Below the pieces are notes generated by a model. The model saw only the letters and a list, made by a program, of their open reading frames with translations. It had not been told where the DNA came from and did no database searches. The translations under genes were made by a program, and so were the position numbers. A DNA stretch of 64,000 bases, from the NCBI GenBank assembly GCA_963777155.1, contig CAVZPM010000001.1:32001-96000 (forward strand), given 5' to 3'. Source of the DNA: Candidatus Bathyarchaeota archaeon (GTDB taxonomy: Archaea; Thermoproteota; Bathyarchaeia; Bathyarchaeales; Bathycorpusculaceae). Shown here piece by piece: positions 48,480 through 58,672 of this stretch; position 1 is the first letter of the stretch; the number at the start of each line of letters is the position of its first letter.

Positions 48480-49136
48480 ATGTTGAAAGCCATTATCTTC
48501 GGAGCGCCAGGTGCAGGTAAAGGAACCTATGCTTCACGTCTTCAAACCAAACTAGGTGTTGACGTTATTTCAATGGGAGATATTTTCCGCGAACTCATTA
48601 AAGAAAAGTCGGAACTCAGCAGTAAAGTTAAAAGTTACATGGAAAAAGGAGCTCTGGTACCAGACGACGTTGTCGTTGAAGTGTTAAAGGCTCACTTGGC
48701 TAAGATCTCTAAAGGAAAAGGTTTCATACTCGACGGGTACCCACGCACACTTGACCAAGCCAAAAAACTTGACGGCATAACAAAAATCGACGTCATCATG
48801 CAGCTAAACGTCCCCGACTGGATAATCATTGAACGCTTATCCACACGAAGAATCTGCAAAAACTGTGGCACAGTCTACAACGTAAAATTCCTAAAGCCCA
48901 AAGTTGAAGGCGTATGTGACAAATGCGGTGGACCCTTATACCAGCGTTCAGACGACAACCCAGAAACCATTAAGAACCGACTCAAAGTCTACCAAGACCA
49001 AACAACTCCACTGATTGCATTCTATAAAGAGATGAAGGTTCCATTTATAGAGCTTGAAACAAAAACCTTGGATCAGCCGCCTGAACCCATGGTTGAAAAA
49101 CTGTTCACGGAACTGAAGAAGTTAAAATTCGTTTAG
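48480..49136 (+). CDS. adk: Adenylate kinase (bacterial type, Zn-lid)
   Basis: GAPGAGKGT, ILDGYPR, CKNC...CDKC lid, QRSDD. Confidence 0.93.
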   Translation: MLKAIIFGAPGAGKGTYASRLQTKLGVDVISMGDIFRELIKEKSELSSKVKSYMEKGALVPDDVVVEVLKAHLAKISKGKGFILDGYPRTLDQAKKLDGITKIDVIMQLNVPDWIIIERLSTRRICKNCGTVYNVKFLKPKVEGVCDKCGGPLYQRSDDNPETIKNRLKVYQDQTTPLIAFYKEMKVPFIELETKTLDQPPEPMVEKLFTELKKLKFV

Positions 49137-49582
49137 ATGTCAAGGATAAACTCCAAAATCACCCGGTCCACCTCACGGATAACCACCATGCGATGGTAGG
49201 TTACTGCTTTAACAGCGACCTTCTGCGGGTGCTTTTCGGGGTTAAATTTTTCTCCCCAAATTTTTGCTTTGAATTTAAAGCTCTCAGCTGTCTCTTTCCA
49301 ATCGGTAATTTGGAATTTTGAGTACAACATGTTTTCTGTTTCAAATTTGACCAAAAGCGCCTCAAGCCAGTTATAGAGGAGCGCGTATTGGTCTTCAGCT
49401 TCTACTTCAACAGTATCTGCTTGGGACTGGGCGATTTTGGTTGAGTCGGTCATGGTTTCAAACATGGAAAGCGCCGCATTTTCATAGGCTTCTTCCATTG
49501 TTTTTCCGTGTGCCTGAACATAGACGTCTGCTGTGTGCTCTAGAAACTCGAATTTTCCAACGAATTTGTCAGGTTTACTCAT
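49133..49582 (-). CDS. Archease
   Basis: EHTAD N-terminus, VKAVTYH, terminal LDI. Confidence 0.95.
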   Translation of the reverse strand: MSKPDKFVGKFEFLEHTADVYVQAHGKTMEEAYENAALSMFETMTDSTKIAQSQADTVEVEAEDQYALLYNWLEALLVKFETENMLYSKFQITDWKETAESFKFKAKIWGEKFNPEKHPQKVAVKAVTYHRMVVIREVDRVILEFILDI

Positions 49583-49644
49583 GCCCTAAGACCAACTCTA
49601 GATTAGAAGGAAAGGAGAATAAAAAACAATTGCTAAGAAAGATG

Positions 49645-50688
49645 CTAGAAGTACTGTGTTGCTTTTTGGATTGCTGCCGCGGTTAGTTTTGCGCTATTCT
49701 CTATATCTTTTAGGCTGAGCATACCCACAGGACTATGGATGTATCTTGTTGCAATGGAGATATTCCCACTCGGGATGCCTTGACGTGTGATTGAGATTCT
49801 TGCTGCATCCGTGCTTCCCAGCAAACCTGATTCGATCTGATAGGGGATTTTCTCTTCTTCTGCAGTTTCCTTTAGCCACCGCAAAACCTTTGGATGGGTG
49901 ATTAATCCCGAATCGGAAATAGTGAGCGCAGGGCCTTTACCCATCTTTACGCTTGTGTCAAATTCTCTTACACCTGGGACATCACCGGCGATGGTGACAT
50001 CTAATGCTATTGCGAGGTCGGGGTCAACACCAAAGGCTGCTGTTGCAGCTCCGCGCAAGCCGACTTCTTCTTGTACAGTACCGACAGCGCAAACAGTACA
50101 ATCAGTTTTCCCTAGCAGTTTTAGGGTTTCAACCATCGTTATGCATCCAGCACGGTTATCAAATGCTTTGCCCATCGCTACATCGTTTCCCAGTTTGACA
50201 TATTTAATGTCAAAGGCTATTGGGTCGCCGATTGTAACGCCAAGATTGGCTGCTTCCTCTTTGCTTTCTGCGCCAACGTCGATGAAGAGGTCGTCGTAGG
50301 TTATGATTTTTTTGCGTTCTTCTTCTTTTTGGATATGCGGCGGTTTGGAGCCGATTATGCCTGGAAACTGTCCTTTTTTGGTGAAGACAGTAACTTTTTG
50401 AGCTGGAAGAATTCGGTCGTCGATACCCCCCATCTTGGAGAATTGCAGAAAGCCATCTTTCGTGATTGTTTTCACCATTAAGCCAACTTCATCCATGTGG
50501 GCTGCCAACATAATTTTTGGTGCTTTGGGTTTGCCCTTTTTTATTGCTATTACGTTTTCCATTTTATCTACTTGGATTTCGTCAGCATACGGGGTCATCA
50601 ATTGAACCATCAAGTTTCTAACTTGTTCTTCTCTGCCTGTTACTCCACAAGCATTGGAAAGTTTTTCTAGGTTCTGATTTATGGACAA
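49645..50688 (-). CDS. M42 family (TET) aminopeptidase
   Basis: AHMDEVG, KAFDNR, QEEVGLRGA, ALDVT, RYIHSP. Confidence 0.95.
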   Translation of the reverse strand: MSINQNLEKLSNACGVTGREEQVRNLMVQLMTPYADEIQVDKMENVIAIKKGKPKAPKIMLAAHMDEVGLMVKTITKDGFLQFSKMGGIDDRILPAQKVTVFTKKGQFPGIIGSKPPHIQKEEERKKIITYDDLFIDVGAESKEEAANLGVTIGDPIAFDIKYVKLGNDVAMGKAFDNRAGCITMVETLKLLGKTDCTVCAVGTVQEEVGLRGAATAAFGVDPDLAIALDVTIAGDVPGVREFDTSVKMGKGPALTISDSGLITHPKVLRWLKETAEEEKIPYQIESGLLGSTDAARISITRQGIPSGNISIATRYIHSPVGMLSLKDIENSAKLTAAAIQKATQYF

Positions 50689-50818
50689 GGTTGGTGTGCC
50701 TTCTTGGGTTTTATGGTTAGAACTCTGAGGGCTTGATTATTAAATGGTTGCGGTGTAGAAGGATTGGATAATTCTTAAATCGTTAAACCGCATTCACAAA
50801 CAGAGTAAGGTGTAAAAA

Positions 50819-51757
50819 TTGACACAACAACCACCAAGTTACAAAACAGTTTTCGTTTTCCTAGACACAGACAAATATTGCAGTCCATTCGACATGCTCG
50901 TCGCTATCGACGCATTCCCAGACTCAATGATATTCAAGTATGAAAATGTTACAAGCGAAGATGCCCCAAAAATTGTCTTTGACCTGCTCTTCCCACGTGG
51001 ACCCGAAGGTGCAAAACATACCAAAGTTTTCATCAACGGAAGCAACTTTGAAATGGTAGAAAAAGTCGTTGAAGCAACTCAAAAAGCCATGAAGTCAGCC
51101 CCCTGGGGGAACAGCATTATTGTCGACCCACGCGGAGGATACTCAACAGCCGCAGCAGCAGTCGCTAAAACCTTCGGTGCATCCATGGAGAAAGGCTTCG
51201 GAAGCTTGGAAGGCAAAAACGTCACCGTTTTAGCAGGAACAGGTCCAGTCGGGCAAACCGCCGCCAGAATCTATGCAGCAGAAAAAGCCAACGTAACCAT
51301 CACCAGCCGAGCACTGGCAAAGGGTCAAGTTGTCGCTTACAAGATCAACCAAGAATGCGGCGCCCAAAGAGTCAAAGTCGTTGAAGTCACAAAACCAGAA
51401 CAGACAGCTGAAGCTATCAAAGATGCAGAAATCATCCTCTCAGCAGGCGCAGGCGGAATCCAACTTCTCTCAGCAGCAGATCTAAACAAAAGTTCACTGT
51501 GCAAAATCGTTGCAGACATCAATGCCATCAAGCCACTGGGTGTAGAAGGCTTAGCTCCAAACGACGACGGCAAAGAACTCAAGCCAGGTGTTTACGGCAT
51601 AGGTGCGTTAGCCATAGGCAAACTCAAAATCAAGACTGAAACAGAAATGATTAAACGTGCAACCGCTGAGCCATCGGGACTCTTCGACTACGCAATCGCC
51701 TACACAATCGCTAAAGACCAAATCCTAAAGAAACTAGCAAAAGCAGCTGCCAAATAA
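50819..51757 (+). CDS. MtdA/MtdB-family NAD(P)-dependent methylene-H4MPT/H4F dehydrogenase
   Basis: SPFD..VAID, FPRGP, DPRGGYSTAAAAV, AGTGPVG, DINAIKPLGVEG, GALAIGKLK. Confidence 0.85.
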   Translation: MTQQPPSYKTVFVFLDTDKYCSPFDMLVAIDAFPDSMIFKYENVTSEDAPKIVFDLLFPRGPEGAKHTKVFINGSNFEMVEKVVEATQKAMKSAPWGNSIIVDPRGGYSTAAAAVAKTFGASMEKGFGSLEGKNVTVLAGTGPVGQTAARIYAAEKANVTITSRALAKGQVVAYKINQECGAQRVKVVEVTKPEQTAEAIKDAEIILSAGAGGIQLLSAADLNKSSLCKIVADINAIKPLGVEGLAPNDDGKELKPGVYGIGALAIGKLKIKTETEMIKRATAEPSGLFDYAIAYTIAKDQILKKLAKAAAK

Positions 51758-51826
51758 AGCAGCTAACTTTCTTATCTTTTCTTTCAATATCTTTAGATTT
51801 GTCGCTAATTTTTCTGTTTATACTTG

Positions 51827-52990
51827 TTACTTGAATGCACAGGCGATGCGTTCGCAGGCTTCGATAATGAGTTCTTTAGGCTGGGTAAACGTTATGCGTG
51901 CGTATCCTTCACCATACTTCCCAAAGCCGTTACCTGGAGTTACAGCCACGCCGACATCAAGCAGTTTTGCAACGAATTTCATGGAGTCGCATTTACAGTT
52001 AACCCAAACGTAAAAGGTTGCCTTGGGCTTTTCAACTTCATAGCCAAGTTTACAGAGCGTATCGACAAGTAAATCACGCCGGTCCTGCAACGTCTGGTTG
52101 TTTTGCTTAAGGAAATCTGGAGCTTCGCGGCTCTTATAAGATGAAAGTGCTTTTACTGCCACTTTTTGTGTGTACACAGGTGGTCCGCTATCGATTTGGG
52201 TTTTTATTTTAGTTAAGCCTGTGACAAGTTGCTTGTTTCCGACGGCAAATGCAATCCGATCCCCCGTCATGTTAAAGGTTTTAGAAAGCGAATGAAACTC
52301 GACAGCAACATCCATGCCACCATCAACTTCCAGAATGCTTGGAGCGCGATAACCATCATAGGTGACTTCTGAATAAGCATTATCATAACATAGCATCAGA
52401 TTATTATCTTTGGCAAAATCAACAGCTTCTTTGAGGAATTTCTTGTCGACTGTTGCTGCAGTGGGGTTGTTTGGGTAATTGAGAAAAATCATCTTTGCTT
52501 TGTTTGTGTCGACTGCGTCAAAGTCGGGTATGAAACCGTTCTCTTCCAACAATGGCATGGACACGGGTATGCCGTCGCAAAGGATTGTGCTTCCCTGAGC
52601 ATAAACTGGGTAAGCGGGGTCAGGTACCAAAACTCGGTCACCTGGATTAATGAATGCTCGGGCAATGTTTGCTATTCCCTCCTTTGAGCCCAAAAGCGCA
52701 ACGACTTGGTCCTGATTCAAATCAACATTGAACCGTTTCTTGCACCACGCCGTCACTGCTTCTCTAAAGTCTGGCTCACCTTGACTAAACGAATAGTTAT
52801 GATTCTTCAAGTTGCCTGCTTCTTCTTTGAACGATTCAATGATGAAGGGTGGCGGCGGAAGGTCAGGGTCACCAATACTCAGAGATATTATATCAATGCC
52901 GCAGTGTTTTTTTTCTCTGGTAAGTCTTTCAAGTTCAGCAAAGATGTATGGTGGCAATCGCTTAATTCGGTCTGCATATTCAAACGTCAT
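51827..52990 (-). CDS. dapL: LL-diaminopimelate aminotransferase
   Basis: LPPYIFA, GSKEGI, NYPNNPT, DNAYSE, SLSKTFNMTGDRI; within the dap cluster. Confidence 0.85.
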   Translation of the reverse strand: MTFEYADRIKRLPPYIFAELERLTREKKHCGIDIISLSIGDPDLPPPPFIIESFKEEAGNLKNHNYSFSQGEPDFREAVTAWCKKRFNVDLNQDQVVALLGSKEGIANIARAFINPGDRVLVPDPAYPVYAQGSTILCDGIPVSMPLLEENGFIPDFDAVDTNKAKMIFLNYPNNPTAATVDKKFLKEAVDFAKDNNLMLCYDNAYSEVTYDGYRAPSILEVDGGMDVAVEFHSLSKTFNMTGDRIAFAVGNKQLVTGLTKIKTQIDSGPPVYTQKVAVKALSSYKSREAPDFLKQNNQTLQDRRDLLVDTLCKLGYEVEKPKATFYVWVNCKCDSMKFVAKLLDVGVAVTPGNGFGKYGEGYARITFTQPKELIIEACERIACAFK

Positions 52991-52993
52991 TTC

Positions 52994-53827
52994 TTATGGC
53001 TCCTTGAATAATGTTCCTTCGTAGACTTTCTCAGCTGCCCCAATTAGAAAGATGGTTTTGTCGACTTCTACTTGGAGGTCGCCGCCGAGTACATGAACTG
53101 TAACTTTGCTACCAACTTTTCCCAGTTTGTTTGCGGCAGCCACGGCTGCGCAGGTTCCAGTGCCACAGGCCAAGGTTTCTCCACAACCGCGTTCCCAAAC
53201 TCGAACATTCAATTCCTTCTCGTTGAGGACTTCGACAAACCCCACGTTGGTTCGTTGAGGGAAAGCCTTGTGATTTTCAATTTTTGAGCCGATTTCTTCG
53301 ACTGGGAAGCAGTCGATGCAGTCCACGAAGATTACGCAGTGTGGGTTACCCATTGAAAGGCAAGTTACCTTGAATTGTTCTCCGTCAACATCTAGGTCGG
53401 CATCTATGCATGTGCCCTTTCCTTTCATGGGCAAGCTTCTTCTTTCCCAGTTCGGTGCACCCATATCTACCTTGACGGCGACTACTTCTTTTCCTTTAAC
53501 CGTCAACCAGACTTGCTTAACACCTGACAGCGTCTCAACCGAAAACTCATCTTTCTTAGTAATTCCGTTTTCGTAGCAATACTTGCTGAAGCACCGGATG
53601 CCGTTGCCACACATTTCTGCTTCGCTGCCGTCAGCATTAAAAATCCGCATCTTGACATCGGCAACTGTTGAATTAAAGACAAAAAGAAGCCCGTCGGCAC
53701 CGACTGAGAAACGCCTCTCACAAAGCTTCTTTGCCAACTCAGCAGCCTTTGCATCGCTGATTTTTTGTTCTCGATTATCGATTATAATGTAGTCGTTGCC
53801 TAAACCATGCATCTTCCAGAAACGCAT
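52994..53827 (-). CDS. dapF: Diaminopimelate epimerase
   Basis: KMHGLGND, EMCGNG, GNPH, ERGCGETLACGTG. Confidence 0.96.
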   Translation of the reverse strand: MRFWKMHGLGNDYIIIDNREQKISDAKAAELAKKLCERRFSVGADGLLFVFNSTVADVKMRIFNADGSEAEMCGNGIRCFSKYCYENGITKKDEFSVETLSGVKQVWLTVKGKEVVAVKVDMGAPNWERRSLPMKGKGTCIDADLDVDGEQFKVTCLSMGNPHCVIFVDCIDCFPVEEIGSKIENHKAFPQRTNVGFVEVLNEKELNVRVWERGCGETLACGTGTCAAVAAANKLGKVGSKVTVHVLGGDLQVEVDKTIFLIGAAEKVYEGTLFKEP

Positions 53828-53831
53828 ACGC

Positions 53832-55115
53832 TCACTCTGCCATCCTCTGACTAGAAGTTAAATCGTTAAGTTGCTCCCGTTGCCTAACCACGACCGCTTT
53901 GCCCTGACGAATCATGACTTCAGCTGCCCGTGGTCGCGAATTGTACTGTGAACTCATGCTAAAGCCGTATGCTCCAGAGTTCAAGATAGCTAATAAGTCA
54001 CCCTCTTCGATTTTGGGGAGTTGTCGATCTTTGGCAAGAGCATCGCCTGACTCACAGATTGGACCCACGACATCGTAGGTTTCTTTGTCAGCCTGTGCAA
54101 CCTTGTTTGCCACTATGATGGGATGGTACGAGCCGTACATTGTTGGTCGAACAAGAGTGTTGAAGCCTGCGTCAACACCGACAAACTTCTTGGAAGGCGT
54201 TTCTTTGACTGTATTCACAGCGGTTAATAGGATACTTGCATCACTAACAAGATATCTGCCCGGCTCAACACATAAGAATGGCTTACCCAGCCCATACTCT
54301 TTCACCTTGGCTTTGAACATCGAAACAACTTTTGTCGAGAACTCGGACAAGTCAAGATCTTTGTCTTCAGGTTTGTACGGGACACCTAACCCGCCGCCGA
54401 TATCGATAAACTCGAAGTCGATTCCTACTTCTTCGTGGACTCGTTTGGCAATGTTCAGGAGCTTCTCGACTGCAGCAACGTATGGTTCCAGCTCTAGTAT
54501 TCCTGAGCCAATATGCATATGGATTCCAAAGCGTTCTACACGGGCTCGCTTGGCGATTGCGTAAGCTTGAATTGTTTCTTCTTCCCAGAGACCAAACTTT
54601 GATTCTGGACCAGCAGTGATGCAGTGGCTGTGGTGTCCTGCACCGACTTCAGGGTTAACCCGCACCGAGACGACGGGGGGAACAGCTATTTTTAGGAGCC
54701 TATCCAGCTCTGACTGTGAATCAACGTTAATAGTGATATTTGTTCCAACTAGAAATTTCAATTCGTCGTTTCGTACGCTGGTTCCAGTGAATAGGATACG
54801 ATCAGGTGTGAATCCGCTGCTTAAGCCCAAGAACACTTCACCTGGACTTACGGTGTCTAGGTAAGCGCCTTCTGATTGAAGAATCCTTAGAACTGTTAGG
54901 TTCGTGTTTGCTTTTGCGGCGTAGTAGACTCGGAGATGCTTGTAGTTGCTGATTAAGGCGTTGTGGAGACGATTGTAATTATCTCTTATGCGTTTCTCGC
55001 TTAGCACATACAGTGGAGTATCATATTTTTCTGCTAATTCCTTAACTGAGAAACCATCAAAGAAGAGGCTGCCTTTTCGGTCCTCTAAAGGTTCACGAAG
55101 CTTTCTCTTTACCAT
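53832..55115 (-). CDS. lysA: Diaminopimelate decarboxylase
   Basis: YAAKAN, SKFG, HIGS, EPGR, GPICESGD, GAYG..MSSQYN. Confidence 0.96.
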   Translation of the reverse strand: MVKRKLREPLEDRKGSLFFDGFSVKELAEKYDTPLYVLSEKRIRDNYNRLHNALISNYKHLRVYYAAKANTNLTVLRILQSEGAYLDTVSPGEVFLGLSSGFTPDRILFTGTSVRNDELKFLVGTNITINVDSQSELDRLLKIAVPPVVSVRVNPEVGAGHHSHCITAGPESKFGLWEEETIQAYAIAKRARVERFGIHMHIGSGILELEPYVAAVEKLLNIAKRVHEEVGIDFEFIDIGGGLGVPYKPEDKDLDLSEFSTKVVSMFKAKVKEYGLGKPFLCVEPGRYLVSDASILLTAVNTVKETPSKKFVGVDAGFNTLVRPTMYGSYHPIIVANKVAQADKETYDVVGPICESGDALAKDRQLPKIEEGDLLAILNSGAYGFSMSSQYNSRPRAAEVMIRQGKAVVVRQREQLNDLTSSQRMAE

Positions 55116-55156
55116 CCACCTTGCACCAGACTCTACTGTTACTAACTGAGCAGCAT

Positions 55157-56215
55157 TTAAGCTAAACCATTAGCCACATACAGCTCTGCGCTCAGAATTC
55201 CTCCGCCTGCAGCACCCCGAACAGTATTGTGCCCAAGACACATGTACTTGAAAGTCATGATTGGATCTTTGCGAATTCTGCCAACTACAACACTCATGCC
55301 TCGACCTGTGTCTCGGTCATAGCGCGGTTGTGGTCGGTTCTTTTCATATCGGACGACGATTGGGTTCGCTGGGGCAGATGGCAACTTTAGTAACTGTGGA
55401 GCACCCTTGAAATCTTCGAAGGCTGCTTCGATTTGCTTAATCGATGGGTCTTGATCTAGCTTTACGAATATAGATTCTAAGTGGCCGTCTTTGACGTTAA
55501 CTCGGTTACAGCTTGCACTAAGCTTGAAATCAGCGTTTTGTATGATGCCTTTGTTGAATGTTCCAAGTATCTTTAGGGCTTCCGTCTCCATCTTGTCCTC
55601 TTCACCTGAGATGAAGGGAACGACGTTGTCGATTATGTCAAGGGAAGACACTCCTGGATATCCTGCGCCACTGAGAGCCTGCATCGTAGTTACTATTACC
55701 TGCCTTAGGCCAAACTGCATAAGAGGCTTTAGAGTAATTGCCATTTGGATTGTACTGCAGTTTGGGTCCGTCGAGATAAAGCCTTTCCAACCCCGAAGCC
55801 TCTGCTGAACCTTCACTATCTCAGCATGGTCTGGATTGATTTCCGGGATAATAAGCGGCACGTCTTTTTCCATTCGGTGAGCACTTGCCTTGCTAAACAC
55901 CGGATACATAGCAGCAAATTCAGCTTCAACTGGACCAGCCAAATCACCAGGCATCGAAGAAAAAACCAGGTCTACATTGCCTGCCTTTTCAACAGAAACT
56001 ATATCAGCGTTGACTACGGGCATTTCAGCGATTTCTTTAGGCAAGTCGGATTCCATCAGCCAGTTGCAGGCATCTTTGTATTTTTTCCCCGCTGACCGCT
56101 CAGAAGCGGCAAGCACCTCAATTTTAAACCAAGGGTGATCTTGCAATAGTTGAATGTACCGTTGTCCAACGGCTCCAGTTGCGCCCAATATGGCGACTTT
56201 GCGCTTATTTGGCAT
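55157..56215 (-). CDS. asd: Aspartate-semialdehyde dehydrogenase
   Basis: GATGAVGQR, PNCST, QALSGAGYPG, HNTVRGAAG. Confidence 0.96.
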   Translation of the reverse strand: MPNKRKVAILGATGAVGQRYIQLLQDHPWFKIEVLAASERSAGKKYKDACNWLMESDLPKEIAEMPVVNADIVSVEKAGNVDLVFSSMPGDLAGPVEAEFAAMYPVFSKASAHRMEKDVPLIIPEINPDHAEIVKVQQRLRGWKGFISTDPNCSTIQMAITLKPLMQFGLRQVIVTTMQALSGAGYPGVSSLDIIDNVVPFISGEEDKMETEALKILGTFNKGIIQNADFKLSASCNRVNVKDGHLESIFVKLDQDPSIKQIEAAFEDFKGAPQLLKLPSAPANPIVVRYEKNRPQPRYDRDTGRGMSVVVGRIRKDPIMTFKYMCLGHNTVRGAAGGGILSAELYVANGLA

Positions 56216-56284
56216 GTTTATTTTTCTTCCTTTGCTCTTTTCACTCTGTCAATTCTTGATAAAAAAGTTAATGGTTTTGGCTCT

Positions 56285-57076
56285 TTAAGTCAAGCCCAAA
56301 ACATCAGCCATACTGTACACTTTCGGCTCGTTTTGTTTGCTTAACCATTCAGCGGCGTAAACGGCTCCCTGTGCAAACACGTTCCGTGAGAAGGCTGTAT
56401 GTTCAATTCGTAGCATTTCATAGGGTCCCGCAACGATTACATCGTGAATTCCAGGCACTCCACCAGCACGGATTGCCACCGATTCGAGTTCTGAAGGTTG
56501 CCGTGGACTAATGCCCTCCCTGCCGTAAACCGTCTTTGAGTAACTGCGGACTTGAGATAATATTTGCTCAAGCTTCTTTGATGTGCCAGATGGTGCATCC
56601 TTCTTGCCTGTGTGGTGGATTTCGCTTAGGCTGAAATCGTAGCCTTGTGGAAACGCTTTGAGCGCTTCTGCTAGTTTGAAGAGTATGTTGACGCCTACGC
56701 TGTAGTTTGGAGAGAACACTGCGGGAACTTTGCCAGACATTGCAGATACTACTTGTCGGTTTTGATCGGGTGTGAAGCCTGTAGTGCCAAGGATTATGCG
56801 TTTGCCGAGGGTTGCAACTATCGGGATGTTTGTGAGTTCAGCGTCTGGGAATGTGAAACTAATGTAAACGTCGGCGTTCTGTATAGTTTGGGAAAGTTTG
56901 TCTGAACTTTGGATTTTTGTGTCAGAATTCATGCCTAATTCACGAAGGCTTTTGCCGACTGCGGGGTTACTTGGCGCTTCAATGGCACCCACAATTTGGT
57001 GTCCTTTAGCGGTGGCTTCGTTGATGATTGCGTTACCCATTCGTCCAGCTGCGCCTGAAATGCAGAGCTTAAGCAT
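56285..57076 (-). CDS. dapB: 4-hydroxy-tetrahydrodipicolinate reductase
   Basis: GAAGRMG, GTTG, EIHHTGKKDAPSGT, FAQGA. Confidence 0.96.
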   Translation of the reverse strand: MLKLCISGAAGRMGNAIINEATAKGHQIVGAIEAPSNPAVGKSLRELGMNSDTKIQSSDKLSQTIQNADVYISFTFPDAELTNIPIVATLGKRIILGTTGFTPDQNRQVVSAMSGKVPAVFSPNYSVGVNILFKLAEALKAFPQGYDFSLSEIHHTGKKDAPSGTSKKLEQILSQVRSYSKTVYGREGISPRQPSELESVAIRAGGVPGIHDVIVAGPYEMLRIEHTAFSRNVFAQGAVYAAEWLSKQNEPKVYSMADVLGLT

Positions 57077-58106
57077 AGTATAGTCCCTCTAGGTACTTCT
57101 CGTTGTACAGTCGGTCTTTGAGGTCTACGTCAAAGTAGTCGGCGATGGGCTTTAGAATCTGAGGGTTGCTCTCGTAGACTTTTCGTGTGTTTGCTAGGAC
57201 TACTTCTAGACCGCTACGGGTCATTTTTCCCAGCGGTTGTCTGCATGGACCCGAAGGCATGCCCAGTACGTTCATTAGTGTCTTATAGGCGAGAGGGTTG
57301 CGAGCTTTGCATGGTACTGGTCCGTAGGGTGTTTGTTCTTGTGTTTTTACGGTTACTATGCTGAAGAGAGGTTGAAGTGCTTGGGAAATTACGCTAGACG
57401 CTTCTTCGTTTCCGTCTAAAGCGTAGTGTACCATGTCAACTATTGCGCTTGGTGCAATGTTGGAAACAACTGATATTACACCGCTTGCGCCAATGTCGGG
57501 TGAAATCATCATCGTGTAAGTTTTGTCATCGTCGCCAGAGAGAATGTCAAAATCTTCTCCACACAACTGCCTTGTTAATTCCATGTTCTTAAGATCGCCA
57601 GTAGCTTCCTTTACACACCGAACGTTAGGATACTGCTGGTGAAGCATAGCTAGATCTTGTGGGTAGAGTTGTGTTCCTGTTCTGCCTGGAATGATGTAGG
57701 GAATTACTTGTACTTCGGGGAATTGCTTGGCAATGGGTTCAATGTATTCTCTTCGGATCTCCATGGAACTTGGTCCGTTATAGTATGGATCCACCAATAG
57801 GACGCAGTCTACGCCGAAGTCATAGGCGTGCTGGGTTCCGTCTATGGCTTCTTGGGTTGAGTTGCTTCCAGTGCCGGCTATGGTTCGGCTCCTGCTATTT
57901 GAGTATTCATGTACTTTTTCTATTGTTTTGGTGTGTTCGTTCCAGTCTAAGGTTGGGCTCTCTCCAGTTGTGCCAACTGCTAATATGCCTTTTACGCCAT
58001 TTTCTATTTGGAAATCTACTAGTTGCTGTAATCCTTCGTAATCGACTTGGCGACTACGATTCATGGGAGTTATTAGAGCTGTGTAACAACCGCTAAATGA
58101 TACCAT
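57069..58106 (-). CDS. dapA: 4-hydroxy-tetrahydrodipicolinate synthase
   Basis: TALITP, GTTGESPTL, GTGSNST, PYYN, KEATG, LSGDD. Confidence 0.95.
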   Translation of the reverse strand: MVSFSGCYTALITPMNRSRQVDYEGLQQLVDFQIENGVKGILAVGTTGESPTLDWNEHTKTIEKVHEYSNSRSRTIAGTGSNSTQEAIDGTQHAYDFGVDCVLLVDPYYNGPSSMEIRREYIEPIAKQFPEVQVIPYIIPGRTGTQLYPQDLAMLHQQYPNVRCVKEATGDLKNMELTRQLCGEDFDILSGDDDKTYTMMISPDIGASGVISVVSNIAPSAIVDMVHYALDGNEEASSVISQALQPLFSIVTVKTQEQTPYGPVPCKARNPLAYKTLMNVLGMPSGPCRQPLGKMTRSGLEVVLANTRKVYESNPQILKPIADYFDVDLKDRLYNEKYLEGLYYA

Positions 58107-58164
58107 TCTGTTTTCCTCTTTGTATGGGGAACATTGGTTCGCTCATTATTTAAGTCTTACGTTT

Positions 58165-58201
58165 TCAATATTATTTTTGCTAATATCGCAATAAATATTG
58201 A
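58165..58201. promoter_or_regulatory. Imperfect palindrome just upstream of the dapA promoter
   Basis: TCAATATTATTTTTGC-taatatc-GCAATAAATATTGA; TATA-like CTTAAATAA on the minus strand at 58146-58154. Confidence 0.35.
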
Positions 58202-58227
58202 GTTAATCGATTGATTTGATTGTTAGC

Positions 58228-58560
58228 TTAACCTTTTTCGGAATTATTCAGTGGCACTATATAGTAAGCTGTAAAAACACCGTCACAAACACCATAAATC
58301 AACCGCAAATAATCAACTGCGTCACCAAGCACCACGGCGGAAGGAATAGCTTGTTTGTAATTGTCTAAACGTAAAATCTCATCAAGTTGTCCAGACTCCC
58401 TCTTTGCTATTTTAAATCGCAAGATATTCGGCCCTGACTGGAAAACAATGTTTTCTCCACTTCGGGGATTACCTTTTCTTATATCGACTGTTTTTTTACC
58501 CTGTTTTATCCAGTTGAATACTTCTTTTCTTGTGTACAGAAGCGGCAAATCCGGAACCAC
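58228..58560 (-). CDS. ASCH domain protein
   Basis: FNWIKQGKKTVDIRK (GxKxxExR-like) followed by G..IVF. Confidence 0.75.
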   Translation of the reverse strand: MVPDLPLLYTRKEVFNWIKQGKKTVDIRKGNPRSGENIVFQSGPNILRFKIAKRESGQLDEILRLDNYKQAIPSAVVLGDAVDYLRLIYGVCDGVFTAYYIVPLNNSEKG

Positions 58561-58672
58561 AATTTTAGAGCTTAACCGCTAGAACATAAGCTTTCAGCCA
58601 AAAAACGAATACGAAATTTTAATCTAAAATAGGAAAAAATGGGTTGAAAACGTAGAAGATAATTTGCTCGCT

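Noticed and set aside
54085-54564. Long antisense ORFs, e.g. 159 aa opposite lysA and 146 aa opposite tldD
   Set aside because: Shadow frames of well-supported genes on the other strand.
58107-58227. Lysine riboswitch ahead of dapA
   Set aside because: Only ~120 bp, very AT-rich, with the TATA-like box close to the start; too short for an L-box.
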